Of a stretch of 35,357 nucleotides of DNA, positions 1 through 11,650 are shown piece by piece (positions within the stretch are counted from its first letter, which is position 1; the number at the start of each line of letters is the position of its first letter). The DNA comes from Catajapyx aquilonaris (Eukaryota), in contig JYFJ02000984.1 of the NCBI GenBank assembly GCA_000934665.2, forward strand, positions 62,001-97,357. Reading direction: 5' to 3'. Below the pieces are notes generated by a model. That model searched no databases, was not told the DNA's origin, and was given only the letters and a program-made list of their open reading frames with translations. The position numbers were made by a program, and so were the translations under genes.

Positions 1-435
1 AGGGTTGCAGCATTTCATCCTAATTATGCATTCTTTTTTTCCCATCCAGTTCAATGGTACGTGAGCCATTTGCACACCTTTCACCGCAGCAATGACGAGT
101 TCAGAATGTCTGATCATTTGTATTTTCTTTCCTTCTGACTCTGTGTCATGATACTGCTTCTCATGTTGCATCTCAGCACTAACATTCACCAGAAGTTTGT
201 CATCATCTTGCAGTGTTTGATCCCATTTATGGATGTGCGGGCACAACAGGTGTGTAACCGTATACTGTACATTCCAGGTTTTCCTACCTTTTCTGCTAAA
301 ATTTTGTTGCATATAGCTCACACTTGCAATCTTCACTTGCTCTTCTGCAAGGACCGATGGTTTATATTTGATATATAAGTGCTTATATTCATATTTATTC
401 TTATAGGTCCATATTATTATCACTCGTACTATGGG
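1..435 (-). other. Stop-free minus-strand reading frame (145 codons) running off the left edge; product unknown
   Basis: Manual translation 435->1 has no stop: ...IIIWTYKNKYEYKHLYIKYKPSVLAEEQVKIASVSYMQQNFSRKGRKTWNVQYTVTHLLCPHIHKWDQTLQDDDKLLVNVSAEMQHEKQYHDTESEGKKIQMIRHSELVIAAVKGVQMAHVPLNWMGKKECIIRMKCCNP. It is not in the ORF track because the window truncates it. No family recognised. Confidence 0.35.
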
Positions 436-584
436 CTAAGCGAAACATCCCGTCGTATTCGTCGACTTTCGTAAAATTTTGGCTTCTCATTTCTGGGTTC
501 CCTCAATGTAATAATTAATTAATTACTCTTTATTTTTCTTATTAACATGATCTAGTGACTCAGCTTAGCTGCTGCAGCCAGTTT

Positions 585-848
585 GTCGGCTTCCACAGCA
601 CGGAGGTCTGCTGCCACAGCATTGAGGTCTGCTGCCACAGCATTGAGGTCTGCTGCCACAGCATTGAGGTCTGCTGCCACAGCATTGAGGTCTGCTGCCA
701 CAGCATTGAGGTCTGCTGCCACAGCACTGAGGTCTGCTGCCACAGCACTGAGGTCTGCTGCCACAGCACTTAGGTCTGCTGCCACAGCACGGAGGTCTGC
801 TGCCACAGCACGGAGGTCTGCTTCAACAGCACGGAGGTCTGCTTCAAC
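585..848. repeat. 21-bp minisatellite, about 12.5 copies (consensus CCACAGCATTGAGGTCTGCTG)
   Basis: Directly visible head-to-tail units with no spacers. The minus frame 552..872 reads (AVAADL[R/S/N])n. Confidence 0.97.
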
Positions 849-2901
849 GGGTTCCCTCAATGTATTGATCACTTATGTTTGCCTCCAGAAGCAGTTTGTG
901 ATAAAAGGCGTATCCTCTCTAGTCGGCATTACTCGACGTTGCAAATGAAACCCAGGTGTTAAGAGTTATATTTATAGATTTTACACAATGTGTTAATGTT
1001 GGAAAAAGCTGTTCCTCGCACTATTTTCCTCCATACTTGCCCTCATGAACTCCTACTAGCTTTGTCTTTATAATAGTTAAATAACTGGACAGTACCAGAT
1101 TCAAAATGACGTTTTGTATCCAATAGCTGTCCTTAGACCATGGTTTTCGTTTTGCTGTAATGTGTCATCATATCATAGCCTTTTGGGCTCATCTGTGGAG
1201 CGCTAGCCAAAGCTGCGTAGAGTAGGACGTCGTATGCCGCCTTATACAGGCATGAACCGAACTCTTTACGCATGCCAAATGCCCAAACACGTTTGCATAT
1301 CCTTCGCCACATTAAGTGAATCCAAAAAAATCCGAATACTGTTTCGAGTTTTCTCATTATGGGATTATGGCTCTTGACGGTCATTCACTCTCAACTTGTC
1401 TGCTAGACCAACTTGAACCCACTGCAATGTGGTTACATGGTGGAGCAGGGTCGGAGCTTTGTCAAACACGTCTTGTAATTGTGACAAAGGCAACTGGCTT
1501 GTGGATTTATTATCAGCAGTTTTCCCAATTTTCCTAAATAAAATGGAAATAGTAGTACATGAATGGATATTTTTTGTTACCTCCTTGTAGCGATGCTTCA
1601 GATTTGGCCCACTTTACTCTTTAACTATCCTCCCAAGTGTCTCCGGAAGTGGCGTATATTAGATGTTGGCCTCTAATTTGCGAGAGTAATATATGTTTGA
1701 TAGAACAGAACCGCATATGTTGTCACATATCCGTTCAAGATGTATGAAGAAGAAAGTGTCGCGGGACACATCTTCCTGCTGCCACTGCTGTTGCTACTTG
1801 ATTTCCAGCCGATACATTCTACAATCATAACGACCATTATGACGATTAATTATTATTATTATTACCTTACCCTCGACTTGTGCTATTTATTGATCACTTT
1901 ATATCACCCTCCACTCTCACTGACAATAATCTCCCCGTCTCCATCAATCATCGTGGCTGCCAACATGTTGCACATCACAGTTATAGGGGTTTAGAAATTG
2001 GACATTCTTTTTTGATGTCTGGCTATCGTCACCACAATCTGTAGTTGTTGTTTTTTTCTATTCTACAGTAAAATTGACAGTGGTGATATAAATGTGACGA
2101 CATAATCTTGATTGATTTTGTCAAGTTTGGCCAGATAACACCAGCGAGAGGAGCTTTTTACGCTGACTTGATGGTAGTAGAAAGGATTTTGTTGATCACT
2201 GGGAGGTCCAGTAACCCCCATTATTGTTGACAGCGAGGAGTGATTCTTACAGACATCAATTTTCGATTGCGTCGACTTTCTTCTGCTAATTTCTGGGTTG
2301 TCTCCACGAGATGCAAGGCTCTCTGAATGGTTGGTAGGCGTAGCAGAACTTAGATGTATTAGCAACTCATATTAGGTCCCCCCTCCCCCTCCCTTGTCTT
2401 TTAGAGCCTGCGTCGATGGAGGTTGTTTATGTGGTCATGTATTCTGGGCGAAGTGTTACAGTGAGAATTTCATAGCAATTGTGCTGAATGATCTGTTCTA
2501 CCCTTGCTGGAAGACAAGTTTTTAATTTCGACATGGTTATGAAAAAAGTGGCTCTATTATTATTTTAATAATCCACTTTTTCAGCATAATTATATCAGTC
2601 ATCATGCGCATGTCCAGTGAACCTGAATTGTACTAATGAAAAACCTTCTTTTTTTATAACACGACGGTTGTGATGAAGTACTGTTATAATAGGTTACTGA
2701 CTCAACTGCCGTCGCAACATATAAAGCAGGTTCGTGGGTCAGAACCATTCATTTTGACTCATATTTATAGGCGCAGAAGGTTCCACATTTTCGTTGAATT
2801 GAGCCCCATGTGCTTAAGCGACAACCACTGCCAGGTGCGTTTGTGCACAACCAGGAGCATAATATTATCCCCAAAATTATAATCACGCATAGAGTCCCGA
2901 G

Positions 2902-2940
2902 ATGTCACCTTGAGACAAGTTTGTGAACTCAAGGTGACAT
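2902..2940. repeat. Small hairpin, 13-bp perfect arms
   Basis: ATGTCACCTTGAG-N13-CTCAAGGTGACAT. Confidence 0.8.
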
Positions 2941-2969
2941 GACCACGCTGTAGGTATTAGTTTCATGTT

Positions 2970-3031
2970 GGCATGTTGCGTTGGCGCAGTATAGCCATTC
3001 TGCTGTTGCGCCATTAAACCTTCAATCAATC
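2970..3031 (+). mobile_element. Possible SINE/LINE 3' tail remnant
   Basis: Ends TGCTGTTGCGCCATTAAACCT-(TCAA)2-TC, resembling short-tandem-repeat retroposon tails. Resemblance from memory only. Confidence 0.3.
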
Positions 3032-4699
3032 ATGCCTAATGGTGCGAGAGAAGGCGCAACATGCCATGTTGCTGATGTGAATATTCTGAGGATCCAACCA
3101 CATCGAAATGGGTATTTATGGGGGCGTGAATTTTGCTAACAAAATCCGCTTCTGCTCTCCAGAAACATAGAACTAAAAACATAAACCTGTTCTATACATA
3201 TTTGTGCTCCAACCAACTCACGGCATGGTAGGTTGCGCAGTCATTTTTCATTCGTGGGAGTGGAAGGAAAGTGAAGAATTTCGAGCTTGAGACTTCTTGA
3301 GAAGTGCTCTGTAATGAATTCTTTTGCCACAATCTCTTGTGTTGAAGTAGGGTACAATACGTGCGAAATAATGCCGCATCATTATTTTAGTAATTTCTTT
3401 TTCTTGTGTTCTTCGGTCGGATCCGGTGTTTGAATGTTGGTTTGAGTGGAAAGTGCGCCTCGTGCTAGCGTCTGAGGCTGTCTAACTTGACCTCACTGAA
3501 CATAACTCGAATTGATTGTTCTTCGTATAGTTTGGGTGTGTCTACTAATAGCGAGACTTACCTAACATTAATAAAAAGCCCCTATGTAATAATTGTGATT
3601 ATATAGCAATTAATCAGCAATTAATCATACATGACGCAACTTGTGTAGCTTTTCATTCTGACACAGTGGAATAGAAATGTAGCTCCTCATGTGCTTTCCT
3701 GACGTCTACATCGACCACTCTTCTTCCGGAGAATGTAGTCGCAAGAATTAGTATCGTATTATTTCCTGTGGAGGGAACATGCTGGCGGGTTGCACACACT
3801 CTTTACATCTTGGGTAACACAATCATGTTTTGGGGCAGGTTAGAATGAGATATCAGGTTGAGCTGGATACCGAGAAAAGGTGACTGTTTCGTTACACATT
3901 GATGTGACACGTCGGAAACATTAGTATTACGACTATTGCTTTAAATAATCCAGTGTAGTCATATTGACCAAAATTATTCCTGCAATTAGGAATGAGTAAT
4001 GTTTGTGCACATCCTTGTCGTGGTTCGTAGTGGTGTAATCCTACGCAAAGGAATGACCTGTAAATTTAATCAGTAATTCCGTAATTGCTGCATTTCCTTC
4101 GCGTATGGTACAATCATGCAGCAGGATACACTCAATTCGAGTTTAATTGTCCGGGTGGCAGGTACCATTTTGCCATCAGCATTTTAAGGTTTGTAAAGTT
4201 CTTTTTTATCGTACAGGGTTTCTTCTGTGTGGCTTTTTAAATATTATTATGGCATTCTCATTATTTTAAAATGCATTGTGACTGTCTGGTGTCGTTACAG
4301 GGATCAGTGATTGTGTCACGTGTAGTGCAATGTACAGTACATTGTCGGATGCATGTATCGGCCTTTTTCTCCTTTGATTTTCCCGTCTTCCTGTGCATGA
4401 CTGGGTTTGCTTTGCATAAAATTATTTAGTTCGTACATAAATCCAACACTTGTGGGGCACTTGGCTACTTACAGATATGTGCAGTTAAAAAACTATGATA
4501 ACAAAATGTTTATGGTGTAATATGAGGATTTAAGTGTTTGCCTTGGAAAATGTCCCCTCATTTTAATAGCCTGCCTTTGCACTTCTGCTTCAAGTATCTC
4601 ACATTATCCCCACCAATGTTGTTGAAATATTGTAAAACGAGAGTATTTTTGATTTGAGCATATAGGTAAATATGCACGCATCAGTGCTTTTATGTGGAA

Positions 4700-5070
4700 C
4701 ATATTTTACTCTCGTGTTGTGGCCACTATCACTTTTACTTACAATCTTGGCAAATCGGAGACATCATTACTTGTCAAGCTGACTTGTATGAAGAAATCCA
4801 CATAGGAAGTGTCAAGAGCTGTGTCTTTTACATTCCGCACTATGGCGGAGCGTCGTGGTGTTCTCCTTGCTGTGCCTTCGCGCCTTGAGTTGGCGAGTAG
4901 GCCATTTATGTCGCATTGGAAGTGTCAAGGGCTGTCTGTTTACACTCTTTAAGAGAGTCTTGATTTCTTATTAGTATCCGTATGTGTTTCAGTTGTGGAG
5001 CAGTTGGTGAAACACCTGGTAAGATTACGTAATATTCCACAAGCATACACCCGAAGAAATCCTCAAATTC
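4700..5070. repeat. Scaffold module I/A; paralogous to ~15815-16040, ~18795-18927, ~25720-25950 and ~26410-26520
   Basis: Shared words: TTTACTC..GTG/TTTTGGC; CTTGTCA(A)GCTGACTTG; GGAAGTG.CAAG.GCTGT; GAG.GTCGTGGT; AGTTGGTGAAACACCT; CGAAGA.ATCCTCAA. Confidence 0.75.
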
Positions 5071-5076
5071 TGAATA

Positions 5077-5081
5077 CTTAA

Positions 5082-5120
<39 letters not shown>

Positions 5121-5124
5121 TAAG
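5077..5124. repeat. Back-to-back (AAT)n/(ATT)n microsatellite (self-complementary)
   Basis: CTT-(AAT)9-(ATT)5-AAG read directly. Confidence 0.9.
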
Positions 5125-5283
5125 TTTATTGTAAACCTACCCCTACAAACGTGGTTCGAATTACTCATTAACTTGTGCCTCCAGAGATGACAAATCAAGT
5201 GAGCAGATTTACAGAATATGATAATAAAATAGTATTTCCCTGGGTGTACACAGTCGTAGGTTAATGTAACATTCAATTTCGTA

Positions 5284-5370
5284 AGGTTCAGGTTAATGTT
5301 ATGATACACTGACAAAAATAGTTCTAAAAATTCCCAAGTGCCTGAAGGTAGGAAATCATACTAGTGTCGG
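5284..5370. repeat. Scaffold module B; copies at ~15405-15505, ~27680-27710 and ~32757-32850
   Basis: Shared GG.TTCAGGTTAATG...ATACA; three of the four copies continue into (CCTG)AAG(G/A)TAGG.AATCAT. Confidence 0.75.
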
Positions 5371-5846
5371 AATATAGTCTAATTAGCCCGCTATGCAGTA
5401 GCAGGTATCCTTTTGAGCCGCCAGAATAATCACAAGTCACTTGTGGAGGCAATGCAGGCGTGTGGCGAGAATCATGCTGCCGTCAGTCAGGTGAAAGTTT
5501 GGACCATTTTGGCAATATGCTTGTCGCTCAGGTTCATGGTTGTATCATTCCCTTTCCGGTAATTTTATTGGAAAATCGCTGACTGTTGGTCCAGTGTTTG
5601 AGGGGTCAGAGAATTTTCGATTCGTTGTTGACATTATATGAATTCGTTACAGGCAAAAATGGTGGTGCTGATGATTGACAATTTTTGCCCTTCGTAATGT
5701 GGTACACGCGGGCCAATATTCGCATTGTAGTCGTATCTCCAAGGCGATGATCTGCAGTTAGAAAGAGAAGCTCCACCTCATTTGAGAATATGTTTGCCAC
5801 TTGTTCATGTGATAAACTTAAATCACGTTTTCATGACCACGCCACC

Positions 5847-5867
5847 TATATATATATATATATATAT
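5847..5867. repeat. (TA)n microsatellite
   Basis: About 10 TA units. Confidence 0.95.
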
Positions 5868-6634
5868 GGGAAATGTGTATTTTTCTGAGTATGTGTCAAA
5901 TTTTGTTGACCAGTTCCTTTATAAACTTATATAAGGAGGTTCTGTGCTCTCTATTTTCATACTTGCTTTTATGGGTGCAACCTAGGTCCTGTACTTTGCG
6001 AGAAACTTCGTAAGGTATGCTGAAATATTTGCTACCATAGATGTCCGTCATAATTATCGTTTATTTAGTCTCATTATGTAGCAGCATAGTCATATTACAC
6101 ACTTAAGTGTGTTGTTGATGGTAAGTCCCTCACCGCGTCCCTCTTCTGATGTGTTGTCATTCATTGCTTTCTCCGCAAAATGTGATGAACTTGCGAGCCG
6201 TGACTGGTACACTCAGACAAAGCGCCGTAATATGATGGCAGGAATTCACGCTCACCAGAAAACATGCCGTATTGCTGCATGCAGCTATAAGAAATGGCAA
6301 TTGAAAGTACGAGATAAAATAAAGATAAGGTAAAAGTGGCATATGGAATGATTAATATTAATCCTGATGTAGTCATCCTGACCATAAGTGTCGGGCAATC
6401 TGGTAGACCACTGTTGTTGAATTTTAGCGCAAGTGTCGAAGTACATTGGGCAAAATAAGTCGCTCTCCCATGGTACGTGTCACAATAAATTGGAAGCAAA
6501 TAATTATCAGAGAAGCAAGTAACGCAGTAAGACAAGTAGCTGATACATATATTTATTTACATCAATATTATTTACAAACTTGAACTCGAAAGAGGTTGAT
6601 AAATCCACATCTGTTCTCAGGGATGGTGAAAGTC

Positions 6635-7060
6635 ATTGAGGTCATTTATGTATTAAAAAGTAAACCTATCTTTTGCAAATATGATGATAATTGTTACGGC
6701 GCGACATTCACTTATCCTCAGGTTCCTGATTCCTCTGACCCTCATAATATTATTGGATCATCCCAGTAGGCCTTTTGAAGTTTGAAAGCGAATGTTGGGA
6801 GAGGATTTTGGATTCTTTCCTGTCAAACATCAACCCTCAACTGCCCTGTCCTCTTGACAGACTAAGTTGGGTTTTTTTTATACGATCTGCATTACATATG
6901 GTCGAGAGTCGTTGTCCCTTGGATGGAAATATTTCATGCCAGCAGCACTATATCAGGGTGCTCGTATTTTTTTCCTACATGAAATGGTGGATAATAGGAG
7001 CCTCTCTCATGTCACTGCCATTAGAAAATATGAATGCCTACATTCGTCAAAGATTCGTAA
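6635..7060. repeat. Scaffold module D; second copy ~21215-21690
   Basis: Collinear shared blocks: ATCTTTTGCAAATATGAT, TGACCCTCATAATATTATTGGA, CTCAACTG...TGTCCT.TTGACA.ACTAAGTT, GGAAATATTTCA.GCCAGCAGCACT, TGCCATTAGAAAATAT, AAAACACACTTCAAAATG. Confidence 0.9.
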
Positions 7061-7079
7061 CTATACTCTCGGGTAAGTA

Positions 7080-7215
7080 GAGAGCTGTTATTATTTGTAC
7101 ATAAAATATCTTGTTTGTATCTTCAGCGCACGAGTAAGCGGAAAACTAGACGGTGGCGGGTATAGCTGGTACCTGGCGCCTAGATTCTATAGGCGGCTGG
7201 GGCTGAAGGGGTTAA
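7080..7215. mobile_element. Insertion ending in a piggyBac-like terminus (...GAAGGGG-TTAA)
   Basis: Absent from the module D copy at ~21650-21690. Homology resumes right after GGGGTTAA. No matching TTAA-CCC left end found. Confidence 0.4.
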
Positions 7216-9087
7216 AACACACTTCAAAATGTTGGGTTTCGTTTTGGTTGTGTAGTGTGGCTGATTTGTCTGAGGTTAGGCCTCTAGTCCGTAGTCGAAA
7301 TGTACTGTACCATGTCCTCCATAGTCAACACTACTAGGGGATTTTCCAGGTCGACTCAAATCACCCGAAAAATCACCCGAAGCCTACAAGGTTCTCCACG
7401 GACAGTCTATCATACTTATCAGAAGCAAATTAGATTCATGAAAAAACAACACGGCGGGGGAGGCCGTTGGATCCTCCTCCTTTGCCTGCTGCTTTTAATA
7501 TGCATTATGCATGTGCAACTGGAAGAAGTATTGCATCCCTTTTTGTCCCGCCCTGTGTGTGTATGTTGGGGTGGGGGGATTGGCGTTGTCATTTGCCATA
7601 TTCACTGTCATAATTAATACAGTATTCCCATGTAATTATGTTTCATATCTGTGTTTTCAGGAACATTTTCATCGCAATGAGTCCCGAGATGACCTCACCA
7701 TTGGCCTCACCTGTCTCTTGACCTGCCCAGTGGGCTACGAAATTATTCAACACTAATTTTGAGTGCAACTTTATTGGAAAGTACAATTTACTCGTTGGGA
7801 TAAAAAGGCACTGAGTTGAGAGATATTAATTTCTCCCCATCGTACACACACCCAGCGCCATCGTGTTAAATTGTCACATTTCATTTTCATTTGTACATTA
7901 TATAATAATTATGGTGCTCTTTTCCCCCTCCCCCCGATTTCTCCCCAACGTAAATCTGTAGGTGCTGTAATAGTATCCACATTTCATAACTGATTTTTGC
8001 TCTACTCTGTGCACTTATTGTTGACTCGTACAGTGACGTCCGGATGGGCACGCGTACGGTACATAGGATGAAATGCTAAGTGAATTGCAAGGCAGCTGTT
8101 ACTGAATGTGACTCAATTTCATGAATGCAGGGATACTCAAGTCTGACGCTCAATATAATCTATACATAAACATATGAAATCCTTCAAAAATAATGGTTGT
8201 GCATGGTCTAAATCTTTCCAATATTTTATTCGTCATATTTGTATGTTACACGTTGGCATCATACGTGTAACTTCAAAGGAGAACAGGAATTCCTCACCTG
8301 AAGCATATATTTGGTACCTCATATGGTACCCCAAAGTCCGTTAGCGACTTCTTCAGTCCGTGCATCACCAACCTTCGAAAACGATGCATAACTTTACCAT
8401 CATCACCTAATCCTATTGTGTTCATATTTTGGTTTGTCTCCGAATTTCACTCTTCGTGACTCCCTTCCTCGTTCAGGGGAAATCACGATTGGCTGACGAA
8501 ATCCAATCAAGCTTATCTCTTGCCTGGGGTCTTGATGGATCCAGAAGAGTATAAGGCTCATCAAATCGTGATGATTCAGCAGCGTTGTTGAAATAACAAA
8601 AGAGATGCGACCATATGTGACGTAGTTACATCCTGCTGCATCCTTTTCGCACTGACGATGGCCTCTGCTGTCCTGCGTGAATTCGACCTACGAGGCCCTT
8701 CGTATCTGTCATTGCGGGCAGTCGAACCTCGTCCGAAGGACATCTTGATAGTTTATAGGCTTGGGGATTGAGCAATTAATAGTTAAGCATTGTTACCTTT
8801 CCAGTTAGAAAAATGGTAATCGTTGGACTCATAGCTGGTCCGACCTAGAGGTAAATTAGAAAATAACGATTAGAGCGTAATCACGTCAAAGGGATCTGAG
8901 TTCAATTACAGTTGTTTATTTTGCTAGTGCTTCATGGGTACGATAAAAGCATGATGTTGTGATTACAGGCCATATCAATTTTTTCTCATGGGACTGCTGC
9001 CATCGTCATCACATTTTTGCGACAGTCTGTATCAAAATACTGTCTTCCTTATTAATTCTTCATCATTCGCCCCATAGAATTTTAAAA

Positions 9088-9185
9088 AATTGACGATCCC
9101 GAAACATTACGTGAAAATTCTGAACATTTTTTGCAGTGATTTATTCATAACCTCTCAGTGGTGTAAGTTTCATTGTTGTGTTCTT
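9088..9185. mobile_element. Diverged fragment related to the interior of the 28351-30389 foldback element
   Basis: GAACATTTTT...CATAACCTCTCAGTGGTGTAAGTTTCATTGTTGTGTTC matches the reverse complement of ~29585-29690 (GAACATTTTT...CATAACCTTTCAGTGGTATGCATTTCCATTGTTGTGTTC). Confidence 0.6.
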
Positions 9186-9448
9186 GTCCGTGCTTGTTGT
9201 GGGACATTCTTAATGAGATACAAGTGCCTGGAAATTTAATTAGTAATGAAAGTATTCCTACCTTTTTCTCCTATCTGTGTGACTCTCACATACAGCCAGA
9301 TGCCCTCAATTCCAGATGATGTTACTGGTGGCATTTAACATTATGCCAACGACATTTTTAGAGATTTTTGAGTTTTTCAATTTTATCCTACACTAAAGCG
9401 AAAGCGTGCGAAAGCAGCCCGTATGCAGTCGGTCCAAGCCGGTAGGTC

Positions 9449-9485
9449 AGCACGTGAGGCGGCACGTGAGGAGGCACGTGAGGCG
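9449..9485. repeat. 12-bp tandem repeat x3 (GCACGTGAGG[C/A]G)
   Basis: Directly visible. Confidence 0.9.
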
Positions 9486-10284
9486 TCATTTTTATCTTGG
9501 ATGGTTTCGGGCGGCTCGTACACAGGAATGCCGGGCAACTTGGCTTGCTGTCCCGCCGTCAGGACAGCCATCAGCTGGCTGTGATTCTTCTGTCGTATGT
9601 GTCCCTTGGGGCCCGTATTGGTGAAATGCACGCCTGGCCGCTGGTTTCCTTGGGGCTGCATGTAAACGTGAGCGATTAATGGAAACGTGACCTAAACGTA
9701 AATGGCCCCAAGCCCACTGAACCAACCATGAAGAATCGCAGGCTTAATAACCCAAAAAATGTAAACAATATTCCTTGTCATAGCATCAGTATAAACAGCG
9801 TGGTTAGGGTGATTTTTTGAGTTGTCGCAAATTTGCATTGAATATTCATTATTGCTGCCAACAATTATCATAAGTCCGTTTAATGCAGGTACACCATGAC
9901 GTGCGAGATTACGGAATCCACTACACTACGTGAGGCTGGGGCTGTGGTGTAAAAAATATGCCCCTGTAATGTCACTAGCATGTGTCTTATTACAGTACAT
10001 GACCTGCATGTTACAATTTAGACCTGTTACTTTGTTAACTTGATAATTTCATGACCTTGAAATGTACCCCGTATTTTTTGTGGCCTGTCTTTGCACTTTA
10101 TACGTGCTCGGGAAGGCTGTGGAAAAGGAATGTTGATGGTTATCCAGGAAGTGTAACATGTCGCCTTTTTCCTGTTTAAATATGAACCTCATTGGCATGA
10201 TGCACGTTATCGACGCTTGATTCACTTCAAGATGTCCTGAGTGTCTTGCTTACATTGTTCCTTACCTGTAAATGTCTGTAAGAG

Positions 10285-10695
10285 GTTGCTTAATATTGAC
10301 CAGTAAGCATCATTTTGTACGTAACGTGGTGTTGAGCAAAACTGCTTCGGAGTAATGATGTGGAGTTTGCAGGTGCCACCTGGTCATTTGAAACCAGTCC
10401 GGGTACTCAACAAATCAATTGGGAGTTCTGACACCGCTCCAAGTCGAACTCTGCCTTTTTGTGATTTCTTACGTGTTGTATCCAAGTGAATAATTTAAAT
10501 GTGCCCATAAGTTTGTGGTTCTGTTGTCACTTGTTCACATCATGAACTCAAAGCATATTTTGAAGACAAAGTCACCAACAATGTAGAAAAACCTTTGGTG
10601 ACCCCCCCGATAATTTGAAAGCAGTTACTTAACATTGTCCAGTAAGCGTCATTTTGTACGTAACGTGATGTTGACCAACCCGCTTCGGAGTAATT
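10285..10695. repeat. Scaffold module F: two copies (~10285-10355, ~10622-10695), third at ~21793-21860
   Basis: AA.ATTG.CC.GTAAGC.TCATTTTGT.CGTAACG...TGTTGA shared. Confidence 0.85.
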
Positions 10696-10789
10696 AATTA
10701 ATGCCACAGTACGTCATCATTTTTGCACTGAACAGCAGCCGGCATAATCGACACCATACATTTGCAGTTAAATGTGTAGAGATAACATT

Positions 10790-11040
10790 CCCAACACATC
10801 TTGTCGCTCTCAGCTCTCGAGAAGTTGTGGCCGTCGTGGGATGCTGTCCTTAACAACTCACCTGCACCATCCTTAGGATCTCTTCTGGATGAGGTACTTG
10901 TGTATTACGAGCAATAGTCCGAGTGGTCATGGTTACTTGCAGTGTATGTTGTAAATAAATTAAGTGGGTTTGAGTAAAAAATGTGAGCGATGAAGTAGTT
11001 AGCCACCTTTGAGGAAGAGGATTTCAGGACCAGTTAACTG
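10790..11040. repeat. Scaffold module G; copies at ~11710-11815, ~18940-19200 and ~26240-26350
   Basis: CACATCTTGTCGCTCT, TTCTGGA.GAGGT, GAGCAATAGTC and TGAGGAAG..GAT.TCAGG shared among copies. Confidence 0.85.
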
Positions 11041-11474
11041 ATGTGTCTGTTGGATTCTTATTATTATAAAAATATGCATGGTGATGGTAGAAGGCAATAA
11101 ATTAGGACAAACCATGTGTTTCTTAATGGTTATAGCATGTGACTGATTTTGCTGAGCTTCTGCCTGAGCTTGACACCCTAGCAGATGTCTTATTTGAGTT
11201 TTTTCACTCCGAATCTGGATAACTGGTAAAATTATGGCCGAATGAAACATCTGTGATATTAACAGGGCATCAAGGATTGCATTCTGGTGTTTCGTAAAGC
11301 GAAAGAGGTTTATAATCGTACAAACTGAGGGTTCCTCTTTGGTTGCGGACGTGGCTCATTCAGCACTCTGAATTTGATGTGAAGCCTGGAAATGCTGCCT
11401 GATCATTTGAAAATAGTCGGAATACTCAACAATAATATCGTAGATATCGTCACCTAGATTATTGACTCCTTTGA

Positions 11475-11650
11475 CACAGTGAGTGCTAATCAAGTAATGT
11501 CGTTTGTATTGTTTGGATGGACTTTTTGACCCAAAATTAAATGGTAACATTTAGTACTTGTATATTTTGTGCACACTGTTGTTGAATATTTTAGCACACG
11601 TTTTCAGTAAATGTGGCGAAATAAATAGCTCTCCCTTGATGGGCTGTACC
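11475..11650. repeat. Scaffold module J; second copy ~31270-31440
   Basis: CAGTGAGTGCTA.TCAAGT, TTGTATTG.TTGGAT, GTTGAATATTTTA and GCTCTCC.TTGATGGGCTG are collinear. Confidence 0.8.

Noticed and set aside
585..848. CRISPR array
   Set aside because: Units are head-to-tail with no unique spacers, there are no cas genes, and the context is eukaryotic.
555..948. Cys/His-rich, Trp/Gln-rich and SAATALR ORFs as genes
   Set aside because: They are alternative frames of the same 21-bp minisatellite.
2063..2365. SRGDNP as a mononegaviral RdRp GDNQ motif
   Set aside because: Only three residues match, and the flanking polymerase motifs are absent.
11356..11550. LGDD as an RNA-virus RdRp motif C
   Set aside because: No motif A or B at a suitable spacing.
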